Notes: generated by a model from the sequence alone, not told the origin. A stretch of 32,000 bases of DNA from Erysipelotrichaceae bacterium (GCA_030604855.1 JAUVVC010000004.1:190871-222870); one strand, 5' to 3'; shown: positions 1-9,447, counted from the stretch's first letter. Made by a program: numbers and translations.

Positions 1-1
1 T

Positions 2-1591
2 GCGTTCTATACGAACCTGGAATTTGGGACGGCTGGAATGCGTGGATTATTGGGAGTCGGTTGTAATCGCCTGAATGTACACACGATCCGTAAGGCGAAT
101 GTGGCGTTTGGACGTTATTTGAGTCAGTATCCTGATGTTTCAAAAAAAGGCGTGGCCATCGCTTACGATAACCGCCATATGTCCAAAGAGTTTGCGGAAG
201 AATCCGCAAAGGTTTTAGCAAGTTTCAATATTCCATCGTATGTGTTCACAGCATTACGGCCGACACCAGAACTCTCCTATGCCGTACGTGAATTGGGATG
301 TGAGGGCGGTATCGTCATCACGGCATCGCACAATCCTAAAGAATACAATGGGTATAAAGTTTATGATCAACGTGGTTGTCAATTGATTCCTGAATTGATT
401 GATCAAGTCATCGCGGAAATCAATGCCATTGAAGATGAGCTTGAAATCAAAGTGAATCTGAGTGATGAACAAAAAGCCATGATTCATTGGATTGATAAAG
501 AAGTGGATGAACCGTATATCAAACGTGTTCTTGAAATACAGAATCGTAAGGATATGGATAAATCCAATGTGAAGATCGTTTTCACTCCGCAACACGGCAC
601 CGCTTTGATGTCGGTTGAAGAAGTGTTCAAACAAGCGGGATATCCTTATATATTGGTTGAGGAACAATGTTCCTTCGATCCCAACTTCTCACAAACAAAA
701 TCACCCAATCCTGAAGAAAAGGTTGCCTATGAGAAAGCCATCGAACTTGCCAAGCAAGTCGGGGCGGATGCGGCACTGAGTACCGATCCGGATGCGGATC
801 GTGTTGGGGTTGTGGTTCGTCATAAGGATGATTATGTTTTATTAACAGGTAATCAAACAGGTTCGATTTTGATCGAATACCTTTTGCGTACCAAAAAAGA
901 ATTGAATGCACTTCCTTCAAATGCGGTCATCTTCAATACGGTCGTAACCTCTGACTTAGGTGAAAAAGTAGCTAAAAGCTATGGGGTTGAAGTTGAAAAG
1001 ACTTTGACCGGCTTTAAGTTCATTGGGGAAAAGATTGCGAAGTATGAAATCACCCATGAAAGATCCTTTGTTTTAGGTTATGAAGAAAGTTATGGCTATT
1101 TGGTTGAGCCCTTTGTTCGAGATAAGGATGCGATTCAAGCGTGTTTGATTCTCGCGGAATGTATTACTTTCTACAAACATGAAGGTAAGACCTTGGTGGA
1201 TGTGTTGAATGAACTCTATGCGACCTATGGTTATCACCATGAAGATCAAGTCTCTCTTACCCTCAAAGGATCTGAAGGATCACAGAAGATCAAAGCGATC
1301 TTGGATCATTTCAGAACACAAGTCATTGACTCCTTTGCAGGTTTGAAGGTTTTGACTAAGGAAGATTACTTGTTGAAACTGCGTACTGAAGGGTCTGAAG
1401 TTGCAGCGCTCGATTTCCCACCCTCGGATGTCATCAAATACCATCTCGAAGATGGCAGTTGGTTGGCGATTCGTCCATCGGGCACGGAACCAAAGTGCAA
1501 GTTCTATTTCTGTGTATTAGGAAAAGATGAAGCAGAGGCTAAGGCGAAATTTAAAGCCATACATGAAAATTTAAATACACATTTAAATTAG
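2..1591 (+). CDS. pgm: Phosphoglucomutase (alpha-D-phosphohexomutase family), 5' end cut by the window edge
   Basis: The frame is open back to nt 2 (AFYTNLEFGTAGMRG...), so the track's Met at 38 is internal. The N-terminal 'LEFGTAGMRG' loop and the phosphoserine loop 'TASHNPKEYNGYKVY' are visible. Stop at 1589-1591, 9 nt before glgB. Confidence 0.9.
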   Translation, partial: AFYTNLEFGTAGMRGLLGVGCNRLNVHTIRKANVAFGRYLSQYPDVSKKGVAIAYDNRHMSKEFAEESAKVLASFNIPSYVFTALRPTPELSYAVRELGCEGGIVITASHNPKEYNGYKVYDQRGCQLIPELIDQVIAEINAIEDELEIKVNLSDEQKAMIHWIDKEVDEPYIKRVLEIQNRKDMDKSNVKIVFTPQHGTALMSVEEVFKQAGYPYILVEEQCSFDPNFSQTKSPNPEEKVAYEKAIELAKQVGADAALSTDPDADRVGVVVRHKDDYVLLTGNQTGSILIEYLLRTKKELNALPSNAVIFNTVVTSDLGEKVAKSYGVEVEKTLTGFKFIGEKIAKYEITHERSFVLGYEESYGYLVEPFVRDKDAIQACLILAECITFYKHEGKTLVDVLNELYATYGYHHEDQVSLTLKGSEGSQKIKAILDHFRTQVIDSFAGLKVLTKEDYLLKLRTEGSEVAALDFPPSDVIKYHLEDGSWLAIRPSGTEPKCKFYFCVLGKDEAEAKAKFKAIHENLNTHLN

Positions 1592-1600
1592 GGAGGACCT

Positions 1601-3427
1601 ATGTTCAAACAAAGAATAAATGAGACATTCCATCAAGGTCATTGTCTGGATGCCCATAAGTTTTATGGAGCACACTTTGACTATGAGAGTGCACCCGGGG
1701 TACGGTTCACAACCTATGCGCCAAATGCGCGGAATGTTCAATTGGTGGGCTCGTTCAACAACTGGGAGAGACCTTTGAATTTAGAACGTTTGAGTGATGG
1801 TTCTTGGACGGTCTTTGTGCCGGATGTGGCAGAATGGACCCTCTATAAATACAAGATCGAACAAGCCGATGGCAACTGGGTTGAAAAGAGTGATCCTTAC
1901 GCCTTTGCATCTGAACTCAGACCCAAGAGTGCGAACCTTGTCGTCAACCTTGGTAATTTCCCTTGGCGTGATCAAATGTGGATCAATCGTCGTGAGAAGT
2001 ATTTCAATAAACCCATGAACATTTATGAGCTTCACTTGGGAAGCTGGATGAAGCGGGATGCGCATGAATGGATGAACTATGAAGAAATCGCACATCAGTT
2101 GATTCCTTATGTCAAAGAAATGGGCTTCACACACATCGAATTGATGCCACTAACGGAATATCCTTTTGATGGATCCTGGGGTTATCAAGCCCATGGTTAT
2201 TTCTCATTAACATCCCGTTATGGAACACCCAAACAATTCATGTCATTTGTGGATGAATGTCACCTGAATGATATCGGTGTCATCTTGGATTTCGTACCGG
2301 TTCATTTCGTAAAGGATAATTATGGTTTACGTTACTTTGATGGTACACCTTTGTTTGAATACCCCAATCCTCATGATGCGAACAGTCAATGGGATACCTT
2401 GAACTTTGATTTATGGAAAGAAGAAGTTCGTAGTTTCTTGCTTTCTTCCGCAAGTTTCTGGTTGGAGACTTATCATGTGGATGGATTAAGGATCGATGCG
2501 GTTTCAAACATCATCTTCTGGCATGGGAATAAGAATAATGGGACCAATGATGGGGCTACAGCCTTCATCCGCCGTCTGAATTATTACTTGAATGTCCGTT
2601 ATCCTGGTGTCATCATGATGGCTGAGGATTCATCGGATTATCCAAAGGTCACGCATCCTACTACAGAGATGGGACTTGGTTTTGACTACAAATGGGATTT
2701 GGGCTGGATGAATGACACGTTGAAATACTATTCACTAGACCCAGTTTACCGTCAGTTCCACCATCACCAATTGACCTTCTCAATGGCTTACTTCTACTCC
2801 GAAAACTTTATCCTACCTTTATCACACGATGAAGTCGTACATGGAAAAGGAACGATCATCAATAAACTTTGGGGTGACTATAAGCAAAAGTTTGCTCAAG
2901 CACGGAACCTCTACGCCTATATGTTTTCACATCCAGGCAAGAAGTTGAATTTCATGGGCAATGAATTGGCACACTTCAGAGAGTTTGATGAAAACGTTGA
3001 ACAAGATTGGTTCTTGTTGGGATACCATACGCATCATTCCTTCAATCGTTTCTTTAGAGATTTATCGCATATCTATAAACACCACAGCTGTTTGAGTCAC
3101 CATGATTACAAGCACCATGGTTTCAAATGGATCGATGCGGACAATGCGAGCCAATCCATCTACAGTTATTATCGTGAAGATGAAGAAAGTGTCGTGATCG
3201 TAATCTTGAATATGACACCGGTTTCTTATGAGAGTTATCGTCTGGGTGTTCCGTATAAAGGAACGTATACCGAAATCATCAATACGGAAAAAGACATTTA
3301 TGATGGATGTAATATGTGCAACTTTGAGCCTCTTGTGTCTGAAAAACATGAAGCCCACCGTTTTGATAACAGTATTTTAGTCCGAATTGCACCGTTTGCG
3401 GGTGTTTATTTGGAAATGAAAAAGTAA
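1601..3427 (+). CDS. glgB: 1,4-alpha-glucan branching enzyme (GH13)
   Basis: 608 aa. GH13 catalytic regions are visible: 'YHVDGLRIDAVSNI' (nucleophile Asp), 'VIMMAEDSSDYP' (acid/base Glu), 'LPLSHDEVVHGKG' (region IV). GGGAGG RBS lies 6 nt upstream of the ATG. Confidence 0.93.
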   Translation: MFKQRINETFHQGHCLDAHKFYGAHFDYESAPGVRFTTYAPNARNVQLVGSFNNWERPLNLERLSDGSWTVFVPDVAEWTLYKYKIEQADGNWVEKSDPYAFASELRPKSANLVVNLGNFPWRDQMWINRREKYFNKPMNIYELHLGSWMKRDAHEWMNYEEIAHQLIPYVKEMGFTHIELMPLTEYPFDGSWGYQAHGYFSLTSRYGTPKQFMSFVDECHLNDIGVILDFVPVHFVKDNYGLRYFDGTPLFEYPNPHDANSQWDTLNFDLWKEEVRSFLLSSASFWLETYHVDGLRIDAVSNIIFWHGNKNNGTNDGATAFIRRLNYYLNVRYPGVIMMAEDSSDYPKVTHPTTEMGLGFDYKWDLGWMNDTLKYYSLDPVYRQFHHHQLTFSMAYFYSENFILPLSHDEVVHGKGTIINKLWGDYKQKFAQARNLYAYMFSHPGKKLNFMGNELAHFREFDENVEQDWFLLGYHTHHSFNRFFRDLSHIYKHHSCLSHHDYKHHGFKWIDADNASQSIYSYYREDEESVVIVILNMTPVSYESYRLGVPYKGTYTEIINTEKDIYDGCNMCNFEPLVSEKHEAHRFDNSILVRIAPFAGVYLEMKK

Positions 3428-3455
3428 TGACCAATCAACACACACGTGTTAGAAT
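3427..3455 (+). promoter_or_regulatory. Candidate sigma-A promoter for glgP (extended -10)
   Basis: -35 ATGACC (3427-3432, 4/6), 17-nt spacer, TGt extension (3447-3449), -10 TAGAAT (3450-3455, 5/6). It lies 26 nt upstream of the glgP ATG. Sequence match only. Confidence 0.3.
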
Positions 3456-3480
3456 GGAAAGGGTATTTTAGGGAGGCTCT

Positions 3481-5883
3481 ATGTTTAAAGATAAATTTGA
3501 ATTTAAACGTGATTTCACACAACGCGTTGTGGAACTGTACGGACGTTCGGTTGAACAGTCCCATATAACAGAACGATACATCGTATTGGGCGAGATGGTA
3601 CGTGATTATGCATCCATACACTGGAAAGAAAACAAAGAAGCCATCGCTCAGCTCGAAGCGAAGCAGATGTTCTATTTCTCAATGGAATTCTTGATTGGTC
3701 GTTTGATGACCAACAATTTGATGAACTTGGGAATCTATGACATCGTCCGCGATGGTCTCAAAGAATTGGATATCGATTTGAATCAACTCGAAGATATGGA
3801 ATCCGATGCAGGTTTAGGCAATGGTGGTTTAGGTCGCTTAGCAGCTTGTTTCTTGGATTCTTTAGCTTCCAAGTCCCTGCCAGGACATGGTAACTGCATT
3901 CGATATGAATATGGTTTGTTTAAGCAAAGAATCGTGGATGGGGCTCAAGTTGAAGTTCCAGACCAATGGTTGCGCTTAGGCAATGTTTGGGAAGTACGTA
4001 AACCAAAACATGCGGTTGACGTTAAGTTTTGGGGTCGTATTGAAATGGTCAAACGGGATGATGGACGCATCGCTTTCAATCAAGTCGATTGCGAACACAT
4101 TCGTGCGGTTCCCTATGATATGCCGATTGTTGGCAAGTCAACGGATACGACAAACACACTTCGTTTATGGAGCGCTGAAGCCAGCGATATTTTACCTGCA
4201 AATAAAGACTTTAGACAATACATCACAGAAGTTCGTGAAATCTGTCAAAACGTTTATCCCGATGATTCTACGGAACATGGCCGTTACTTGCGTCTCAAGC
4301 AACAATACTTCTTCGTATCTGCGGGTTTGATCGCGTATTTCAAAGCACATCTGCGTGTCTATCCAAGTCTGGACAACCTTCCTGAAAAGGTCGTCTTCCA
4401 ATTGAATGATACCCATCCTGTCTTGGCCATTCCGGAAATGATGCGTCTACTCATGGATGAGTATGATTACGATTGGGACAGTGCTTGGGCTTTGGTTAAT
4501 CAAAGTATCGCCTACACCAACCATACGGTCATGGCAGAGGCACTTGAGAAGTGGCCGGTTCACTTCGTTCAGATGTTGTTGCCTAGAATTTATATGATCA
4601 TTGAAGAAATCAATCGTCGTTTTGTCGAACAAGTCAAAGTAGATTTCCCAGAAGATGATGGCTTAATCAAACGTGTATCCATCATCAAAGATGGACAGAT
4701 ACATATGGCAAACTTAGCCATCGTATCCAGCATGTCGGTCAATGGGGTTGCGAAACTGCATACCGAAATCTTGAAGAACGATGTCATGAAAGACTTCTAT
4801 AAGATCTTTGAAGCCAAGTTTAACAATAAGACCAATGGAATCACCCACCGTCGTTGGTTGGTGTATTCCAACCCACAACTGAAGTCCTTATTGGATAAGA
4901 CGATCGGGGATGACTATGTCTATCAACCTGAGCATCTTCTTAATCTAATGAAGCATGTGAATAAGAAAAAGCTTCAAAAAGACTTTTTAAAGGTCAAACA
5001 AGAGCGTAAAGAAATCTTAGCGCAATACATCAAACAAGTCACAGGCATCGAATTGGATACCAAGTCCATCTTTGATGTCCAGGCTAAACGTCTTCATGCT
5101 TACAAGCGTCAACTCTTGAACGTGATGCACATCATTTATCTCTATCAGAAGTTGAAGAGTGATCCAAACTTCACCATGTATCCAAGATCGTTCATCTTTG
5201 CGGCAAAGGCGGCACCTGCGTATTATTTCGCTAAAAAAGTCATCCGTTTGATTCATGCGGTTGCGGATAAGGTGAATAACGATCCACGCATCAGCCAGTT
5301 CATGAAAGTTGTCTTTATTCCGAACTATAACGTTTCCATTGCGGAAATTTTGATGAATGCGGCGGATGTGTCTGAGCAAATCTCCACAGCGGGTAAAGAA
5401 GCTTCGGGTACCGGAAACATGAAGTTTATGATGAATGGGGCTTTGACTTTGGGTACCTTGGATGGGGCGAATGTGGAAATCCATGAACATGTGGGGTCTG
5501 AATACGACATCATCTTTGGTATGAAGGTAGAAGATATCGAAGACCTTAAACAAAAGGGCTACGATGCTTGGGCTGTCTTGAACAATGACTTAGAACTGAA
5601 AGCCGTTGTCCAATCCTTTGTGGATGGTAGTTTCAGTACAAACATTGAAGAATTCAGAGTTATTTATGATGAATTGATGTTTAGAAACGATGAATACTAC
5701 TTACTGCAAGACTTCCGTGCTTATGTGGAAGCCCAACAAGAAGTTGAACGTCGTTATCTTGATAAAGAATACTGGGCACGTATGTGTCTGGTGAATATTG
5801 CTCAATCCGGTTTCTTCTCTTCGGATCGTACGATTCAAGAGTATGCGGATGAGATTTGGAAGATTAGACCAATTAGTGACTAA
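3481..5883 (+). CDS. glgP: Glycogen/maltodextrin phosphorylase (GT35)
   Basis: 800 aa. The pyridoxal-phosphate lysine region 'EASGTGNMKFMMNGALTLGTLDGANVE' and 'GLGNGGLGRLAACFLDS' are classic alpha-glucan phosphorylase motifs. GGGAGG RBS. Confidence 0.95.
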   Translation: MFKDKFEFKRDFTQRVVELYGRSVEQSHITERYIVLGEMVRDYASIHWKENKEAIAQLEAKQMFYFSMEFLIGRLMTNNLMNLGIYDIVRDGLKELDIDLNQLEDMESDAGLGNGGLGRLAACFLDSLASKSLPGHGNCIRYEYGLFKQRIVDGAQVEVPDQWLRLGNVWEVRKPKHAVDVKFWGRIEMVKRDDGRIAFNQVDCEHIRAVPYDMPIVGKSTDTTNTLRLWSAEASDILPANKDFRQYITEVREICQNVYPDDSTEHGRYLRLKQQYFFVSAGLIAYFKAHLRVYPSLDNLPEKVVFQLNDTHPVLAIPEMMRLLMDEYDYDWDSAWALVNQSIAYTNHTVMAEALEKWPVHFVQMLLPRIYMIIEEINRRFVEQVKVDFPEDDGLIKRVSIIKDGQIHMANLAIVSSMSVNGVAKLHTEILKNDVMKDFYKIFEAKFNNKTNGITHRRWLVYSNPQLKSLLDKTIGDDYVYQPEHLLNLMKHVNKKKLQKDFLKVKQERKEILAQYIKQVTGIELDTKSIFDVQAKRLHAYKRQLLNVMHIIYLYQKLKSDPNFTMYPRSFIFAAKAAPAYYFAKKVIRLIHAVADKVNNDPRISQFMKVVFIPNYNVSIAEILMNAADVSEQISTAGKEASGTGNMKFMMNGALTLGTLDGANVEIHEHVGSEYDIIFGMKVEDIEDLKQKGYDAWAVLNNDLELKAVVQSFVDGSFSTNIEEFRVIYDELMFRNDEYYLLQDFRAYVEAQQEVERRYLDKEYWARMCLVNIAQSGFFSSDRTIQEYADEIWKIRPISD

Positions 5884-5902
5884 AGCAGCGTAAGCTGCTT
5901 TT
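5882..5902 (+). terminator. Rho-independent terminator after glgP (copy 1)
   Basis: 8-bp stem AAAGCAGC (5882-5889) / GCTGCTTT (5894-5901) with GTAA tetraloop, running into TTTT. It overlaps the glgP stop codon. Confidence 0.7.
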
Positions 5903-5933
5903 ATGTAGCGCAAGCTGCTTTTGTGTAGCGTAA
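5885..5933. repeat. 20-bp tandem repeat, about 2.45 copies, carrying the terminator hairpins
   Basis: GCAGCGTAAGCTGCTTTTAT (5885-5904) / GTAGCGCAAGCTGCTTTTGT (5905-5924; 17/20 identical) / GTAGCGTAA (5925-5933). Confidence 0.85.
5905..5922 (+). terminator. Second, weaker terminator hairpin (copy 2 of the duplicated unit)
   Basis: Stem GTAGC (5905-5909) / GCTGC (5914-5918), one G-U pair, GCAA tetraloop, then TTTT (5919-5922). Confidence 0.45.
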
Positions 5934-5945
5934 TTAAGGAGCCCT

Positions 5946-7097
5946 ATGCGTATAAAGACAACGATTGTTTTATTAATGTTATTTCAACTTATGACTACGA
6001 TGACGATGGCCATGGTTTTATCGATTGCCCCTGCGATGGGAGCCTTCTTCAACATCGAAATCGCACTGGTGCCTTATTTGAACATTGGCTTTGTTGTTTC
6101 AGGAATGTTGGTTCCGATCTTTGGTTACTATGCAGATAAACAAGGTGTCAAAAAGATTCTTGTCTTAGGTGCTTTTCTATTCAGTTTAGGAACCTTACTA
6201 ACAGCTTTTGCCAAGAGTCCAAGCATCTATTTCTTCACCCGTATGCTCATCGGGATTGGTCATAACGTTTTCTTTGCCTTGGTTGCGAACTATGCATCGC
6301 GTTTAGTGGAACCAAGACTCTTCATCAAACTATCGGGTTACTTTAAACTTGCTTTTGCGAGTGGAATCTTCATTGCCCCCATCATGGGTGCTTTGGTGGT
6401 TTCTACCATTGGCTTTCAAAACTATTATCTAATTGTTTTCGCAATAACCATGTTATTGGCATTGATTCTCACACGCATCCCACACGTCGAGAATGTCAGT
6501 TCGAGTCCCATTACCTTGGCGGATTTCAAGGCACTCTTTAAGTATCCCTTTGTATGGTGGATGATGGCAATGACCTTTTTGGTGTTTTTAGCACCGAATA
6601 CAATCTACACTTTCTTAAGCATCTATCTAAGCTCAGTCGGACAAACCCAACAACAAATCTCGCTTATTTACACCATCACGGGTGTTGGGGCAGTTCTATC
6701 AGGCTTTGTCATTCTATTCTTAGGTCATCGATATTCTCTAAGAGACTTATTAAGATATGGTGTCATGGGCGTCATCATAACCTTGATATTCATCTTTCCA
6801 TTGAATGCCTGGATTTTGGTTCCAGCACTCTTGGTGTTCTCACTTGCTTTGGATTTGGTTGTAGGTGTTCTTTTCCCTGTCGCATCGACGATGCCGGTAA
6901 AGAACCCAGCCAGTCTAACCGCAACCTTAAGTTTAACGATGTCAATAACAGCCTTGATGACAAGCTTAATCAATCCTTTGTTATTTGAACGATTTGGCTT
7001 TCAGTTCCTCTTAGGAATGGTTGCGATCAGTGTGACCCTAGGCTATTTCGCAATGCGCAGAGGCTTAAGTGCAATTGAATCGCATGAAAATGCTTGA
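5946..7097 (+). CDS. MFS-type transporter, substrate unknown
   Basis: 383 aa, almost entirely hydrophobic, with roughly 11-12 predicted membrane spans. The loop 'YYADKQGVKKILVLG' after TM2 resembles MFS motif A. AAGGAG RBS lies 6 nt upstream. Confidence 0.75.
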   Translation: MRIKTTIVLLMLFQLMTTMTMAMVLSIAPAMGAFFNIEIALVPYLNIGFVVSGMLVPIFGYYADKQGVKKILVLGAFLFSLGTLLTAFAKSPSIYFFTRMLIGIGHNVFFALVANYASRLVEPRLFIKLSGYFKLAFASGIFIAPIMGALVVSTIGFQNYYLIVFAITMLLALILTRIPHVENVSSSPITLADFKALFKYPFVWWMMAMTFLVFLAPNTIYTFLSIYLSSVGQTQQQISLIYTITGVGAVLSGFVILFLGHRYSLRDLLRYGVMGVIITLIFIFPLNAWILVPALLVFSLALDLVVGVLFPVASTMPVKNPASLTATLSLTMSITALMTSLINPLLFERFGFQFLLGMVAISVTLGYFAMRRGLSAIESHENA

Positions 7098-7100
7098 TTT

Positions 7101-7127
7101 CTTCGGTTCTGATTGAACGAAAGTTTT
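7101..7127 (+). terminator. Weak candidate terminator after the MFS gene
   Basis: CTTCG (7101-7105) pairs with CGAAAG (7118-7123) with one bulge and a 12-nt loop, followed by TTTT (7124-7127). Short, imperfect stem. Confidence 0.25.
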
Positions 7128-7181
7128 GTAAATATTCGTTAACGATGCCAAAGATAAACGAACAAGCTTGTGAAAATCGAG

Positions 7182-7187
7182 TATAAT
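7182..7187 (+). promoter_or_regulatory. Candidate -10 box for the pullulanase gene
   Basis: Perfect TATAAT 24 nt upstream of the ATG at 7211. The best -35 at 17-nt spacing is CGAACA (7159-7164, 3/6), so support is partial. Confidence 0.3.
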
Positions 7188-7210
7188 CGTATAGAAGGAA
7201 GTGAAGTATT

Positions 7211-9337
7211 ATGCGAAAAGTAAATCGTTTTGAGGCACATCTTGATGACTATGGCATCATTACGGCGTATTTGTCCAAAGAGTTTTATCAAGGACGAAGT
7301 GACGTCTTCTACCTTAGAGATGAAAATGGAAAATTAACCAAGTGCTCTATTTTTAATTATGAGCAATCCGGGAATGACTTTTTTAAATATACCCTAGGGG
7401 TTGAAGACATCATTGAGATTGGCAAACGCTATGACCTTTTAGAAGAACATGGTCTTTTTGTCGTACTTCAGTACAGCTTGATCACAAAGACCCAACGTTT
7501 TGATGAAGAATTCTTTTATGATGGGGATGACTTAGGGGCTACGATTCAAGCAGGCAGAACCTATTTTGCTTTATGGGCACCTACCGCTACACGTGTCGTC
7601 ATCGAAATCTTTGAGAAGAAGGGACCCTTGGTCATTGAACTCAGTCGTCAAGAAAAAGGTGTCTTCGCCTATCATCTTAGCTACAATGCGCATGGTTCGA
7701 GTTACTTGTATCATGTGTTGGTTAATGGGAATTGGACGACCACAACGGATCCTTATGCGACGGGTTCAACCGTGAATCATCAACGATCGGTTGTGATTGA
7801 TTTTGATCAAATCGAAGCCCAACAAAGCTATAAACTTCCTGTTTTAAAGCAAGCAACAGATGCGATCATCTATGAATTGAGCATCCGTGACTTCACATTA
7901 CAGCCGGAATCCAATATCAAGCATCGCGGACAATTCCTAGGTTTGACGGAAACAGGCACGAAAACCTTAAATGGTGTATCAACTGGTATCGATCACATTA
8001 AGGAACTCGGGATCACTCATGTCCAGATTATGCCGATGTATGATTTTGCGACCGTGGATGAACACAATGTATCTTTATTTTATAACTGGGGTTATGACCC
8101 GATGCAATACAATGTGCCTGAAGGAAGCTTTACCTCGAATCCAGATGATCCAATCGGACGGATTGAGGAAGCACGTAAAATGGTTGAAGCCTTCCATAAA
8201 CAAGGCATCCGTGTGAACATGGATGTGGTTTACAACCATATGTATGATATGGAAGCCAGTTCGTTTGAGAAAGTAGTTCCTTATTATTTCTTTAGACGTT
8301 CACAATCGGGTCAATTATCGAATGGATCCTTCTGCGGCAATGATGTGGACTCGAATCGTTTGATGGCGCGTAAGTTCATCAAAGACAGCGTCAAACATTG
8401 GATGACTCACTATGATGTGGATGGATTCCGTTTTGACTTGATGGGTGTTTTAGATGTGGATACGATGAATGAAGTTGAAGCACTGTGCCGTTCAATCAAG
8501 CCGGAAGCCTTGGTTTATGGTGAAGGTTGGAACATGCCAACTTCTTTACCGGAACATCAAAAAGCCAATCGCTACAATCAACATTTGATGCCCAATATTG
8601 GTCATTTCAATGATTTCTTCCGTGAACATGTCAAGGGTAGAACATCCCATGAGGAAATCAATGTTAAAGGATACTGTCTAGGCGATACCAATTACATCGA
8701 AGCAATGAAAGCAAGTATGCTGGGTACAGCCGTTGCCAATCGGACACGTTTGTTCGATCGTCCAGATAAGTCGATCAACTACATTGAATGCCATGATAAT
8801 CACACGGTTTGGGATAAACTAAAAGAGAGCAATAAAGAAGATAATCGTGATGTCCGTATCAAGCGTCAGAAGCTTTTGTTAAGTGTGACCTTATTGGCAC
8901 AAGGCATTCCGTTTATCCACAGTGGTCAGGAATTCTGTAGAACAAAGAATGGCTTACACAACACCTATCGTAGCCCTGACAACATCAATCAGTTGGACTG
9001 GACACGTAAAGAACGTTATCTGGATGTGTTCAACTATACGAAGGATATGATTCAACTCAGGAAGATGCTTCCGATATTGCGTTTGAACGATCCTGAGAAA
9101 ATTGAGCAGCGTGTGAGCTTCCGTGAATGGGATGGCATGTTGGTGATCAATTACAAATGTGAGCGATCGAAGCCTTATGAAGAAATTTGGATCTACATCA
9201 ACCCAACCAATCAGATTTATTATGAAAGCTTTCCAGCCTTCGTAAAAGTCATTGCCAATGAAGCAGGTTTGATTGATGGTGTCATGGTTCAAAACGCAAC
9301 GATCAATCCCTATACCTTGGTTGTATTCGCAAAATAA
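7211..9337 (+). CDS. pulA: Type I pullulanase / glycogen debranching enzyme (GH13), cytoplasmic
   Basis: 708 aa. The pullulanase-type 'YNWGYDP' motif and GH13 regions are visible: 'VNMDVVYNHM', 'VDGFRFDLMG', 'YGEGWN', 'IECHDNHT'. The N-terminus MRKVNRFEAHLDDYG has no signal peptide or lipobox. Confidence 0.9.
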   Translation: MRKVNRFEAHLDDYGIITAYLSKEFYQGRSDVFYLRDENGKLTKCSIFNYEQSGNDFFKYTLGVEDIIEIGKRYDLLEEHGLFVVLQYSLITKTQRFDEEFFYDGDDLGATIQAGRTYFALWAPTATRVVIEIFEKKGPLVIELSRQEKGVFAYHLSYNAHGSSYLYHVLVNGNWTTTTDPYATGSTVNHQRSVVIDFDQIEAQQSYKLPVLKQATDAIIYELSIRDFTLQPESNIKHRGQFLGLTETGTKTLNGVSTGIDHIKELGITHVQIMPMYDFATVDEHNVSLFYNWGYDPMQYNVPEGSFTSNPDDPIGRIEEARKMVEAFHKQGIRVNMDVVYNHMYDMEASSFEKVVPYYFFRRSQSGQLSNGSFCGNDVDSNRLMARKFIKDSVKHWMTHYDVDGFRFDLMGVLDVDTMNEVEALCRSIKPEALVYGEGWNMPTSLPEHQKANRYNQHLMPNIGHFNDFFREHVKGRTSHEEINVKGYCLGDTNYIEAMKASMLGTAVANRTRLFDRPDKSINYIECHDNHTVWDKLKESNKEDNRDVRIKRQKLLLSVTLLAQGIPFIHSGQEFCRTKNGLHNTYRSPDNINQLDWTRKERYLDVFNYTKDMIQLRKMLPILRLNDPEKIEQRVSFREWDGMLVINYKCERSKPYEEIWIYINPTNQIYYESFPAFVKVIANEAGLIDGVMVQNATINPYTLVVFAK

Positions 9338-9377
9338 GTTCTTTGGTGTCTAAATAAAATGTAAAAGTTTGAACACG

Positions 9378-9408
9378 ATGAGGTGATATCTAAAATCACC
9401 TCATTTTC
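9378..9408 (+). terminator. Rho-independent terminator after pulA
   Basis: Perfect 10-bp stem ATGAGGTGAT (9378-9387) / ATCACCTCAT (9395-9404), 7-nt loop, then TTTCT. Confidence 0.75.
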
Positions 9409-9433
9409 TATGTTATAAAATGCTTGTGAATTA

Positions 9434-9447
9434 TGATTTATAAATCA
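9434..9447. promoter_or_regulatory. Perfect 14-bp palindrome, candidate operator upstream of the flagellar operon
   Basis: TGATTTA|TAAATCA is self-complementary at all 7 pairs. It sits 30 nt after the pulA terminator stem and about 250 nt upstream of flgB. Confidence 0.3.

Noticed and set aside
7098-7210. A catabolite-responsive element (cre, TGWAANCGNTNWCA) upstream of the pullulanase gene. Candidates were TGAACGAAAGTTTT, TGTAAATATTCGTT and TGAAAATCGAGTAT.
   Set aside because: None keeps the central CG at the correct register or the symmetric TG...CA ends. All need an indel or at least 4 mismatches.
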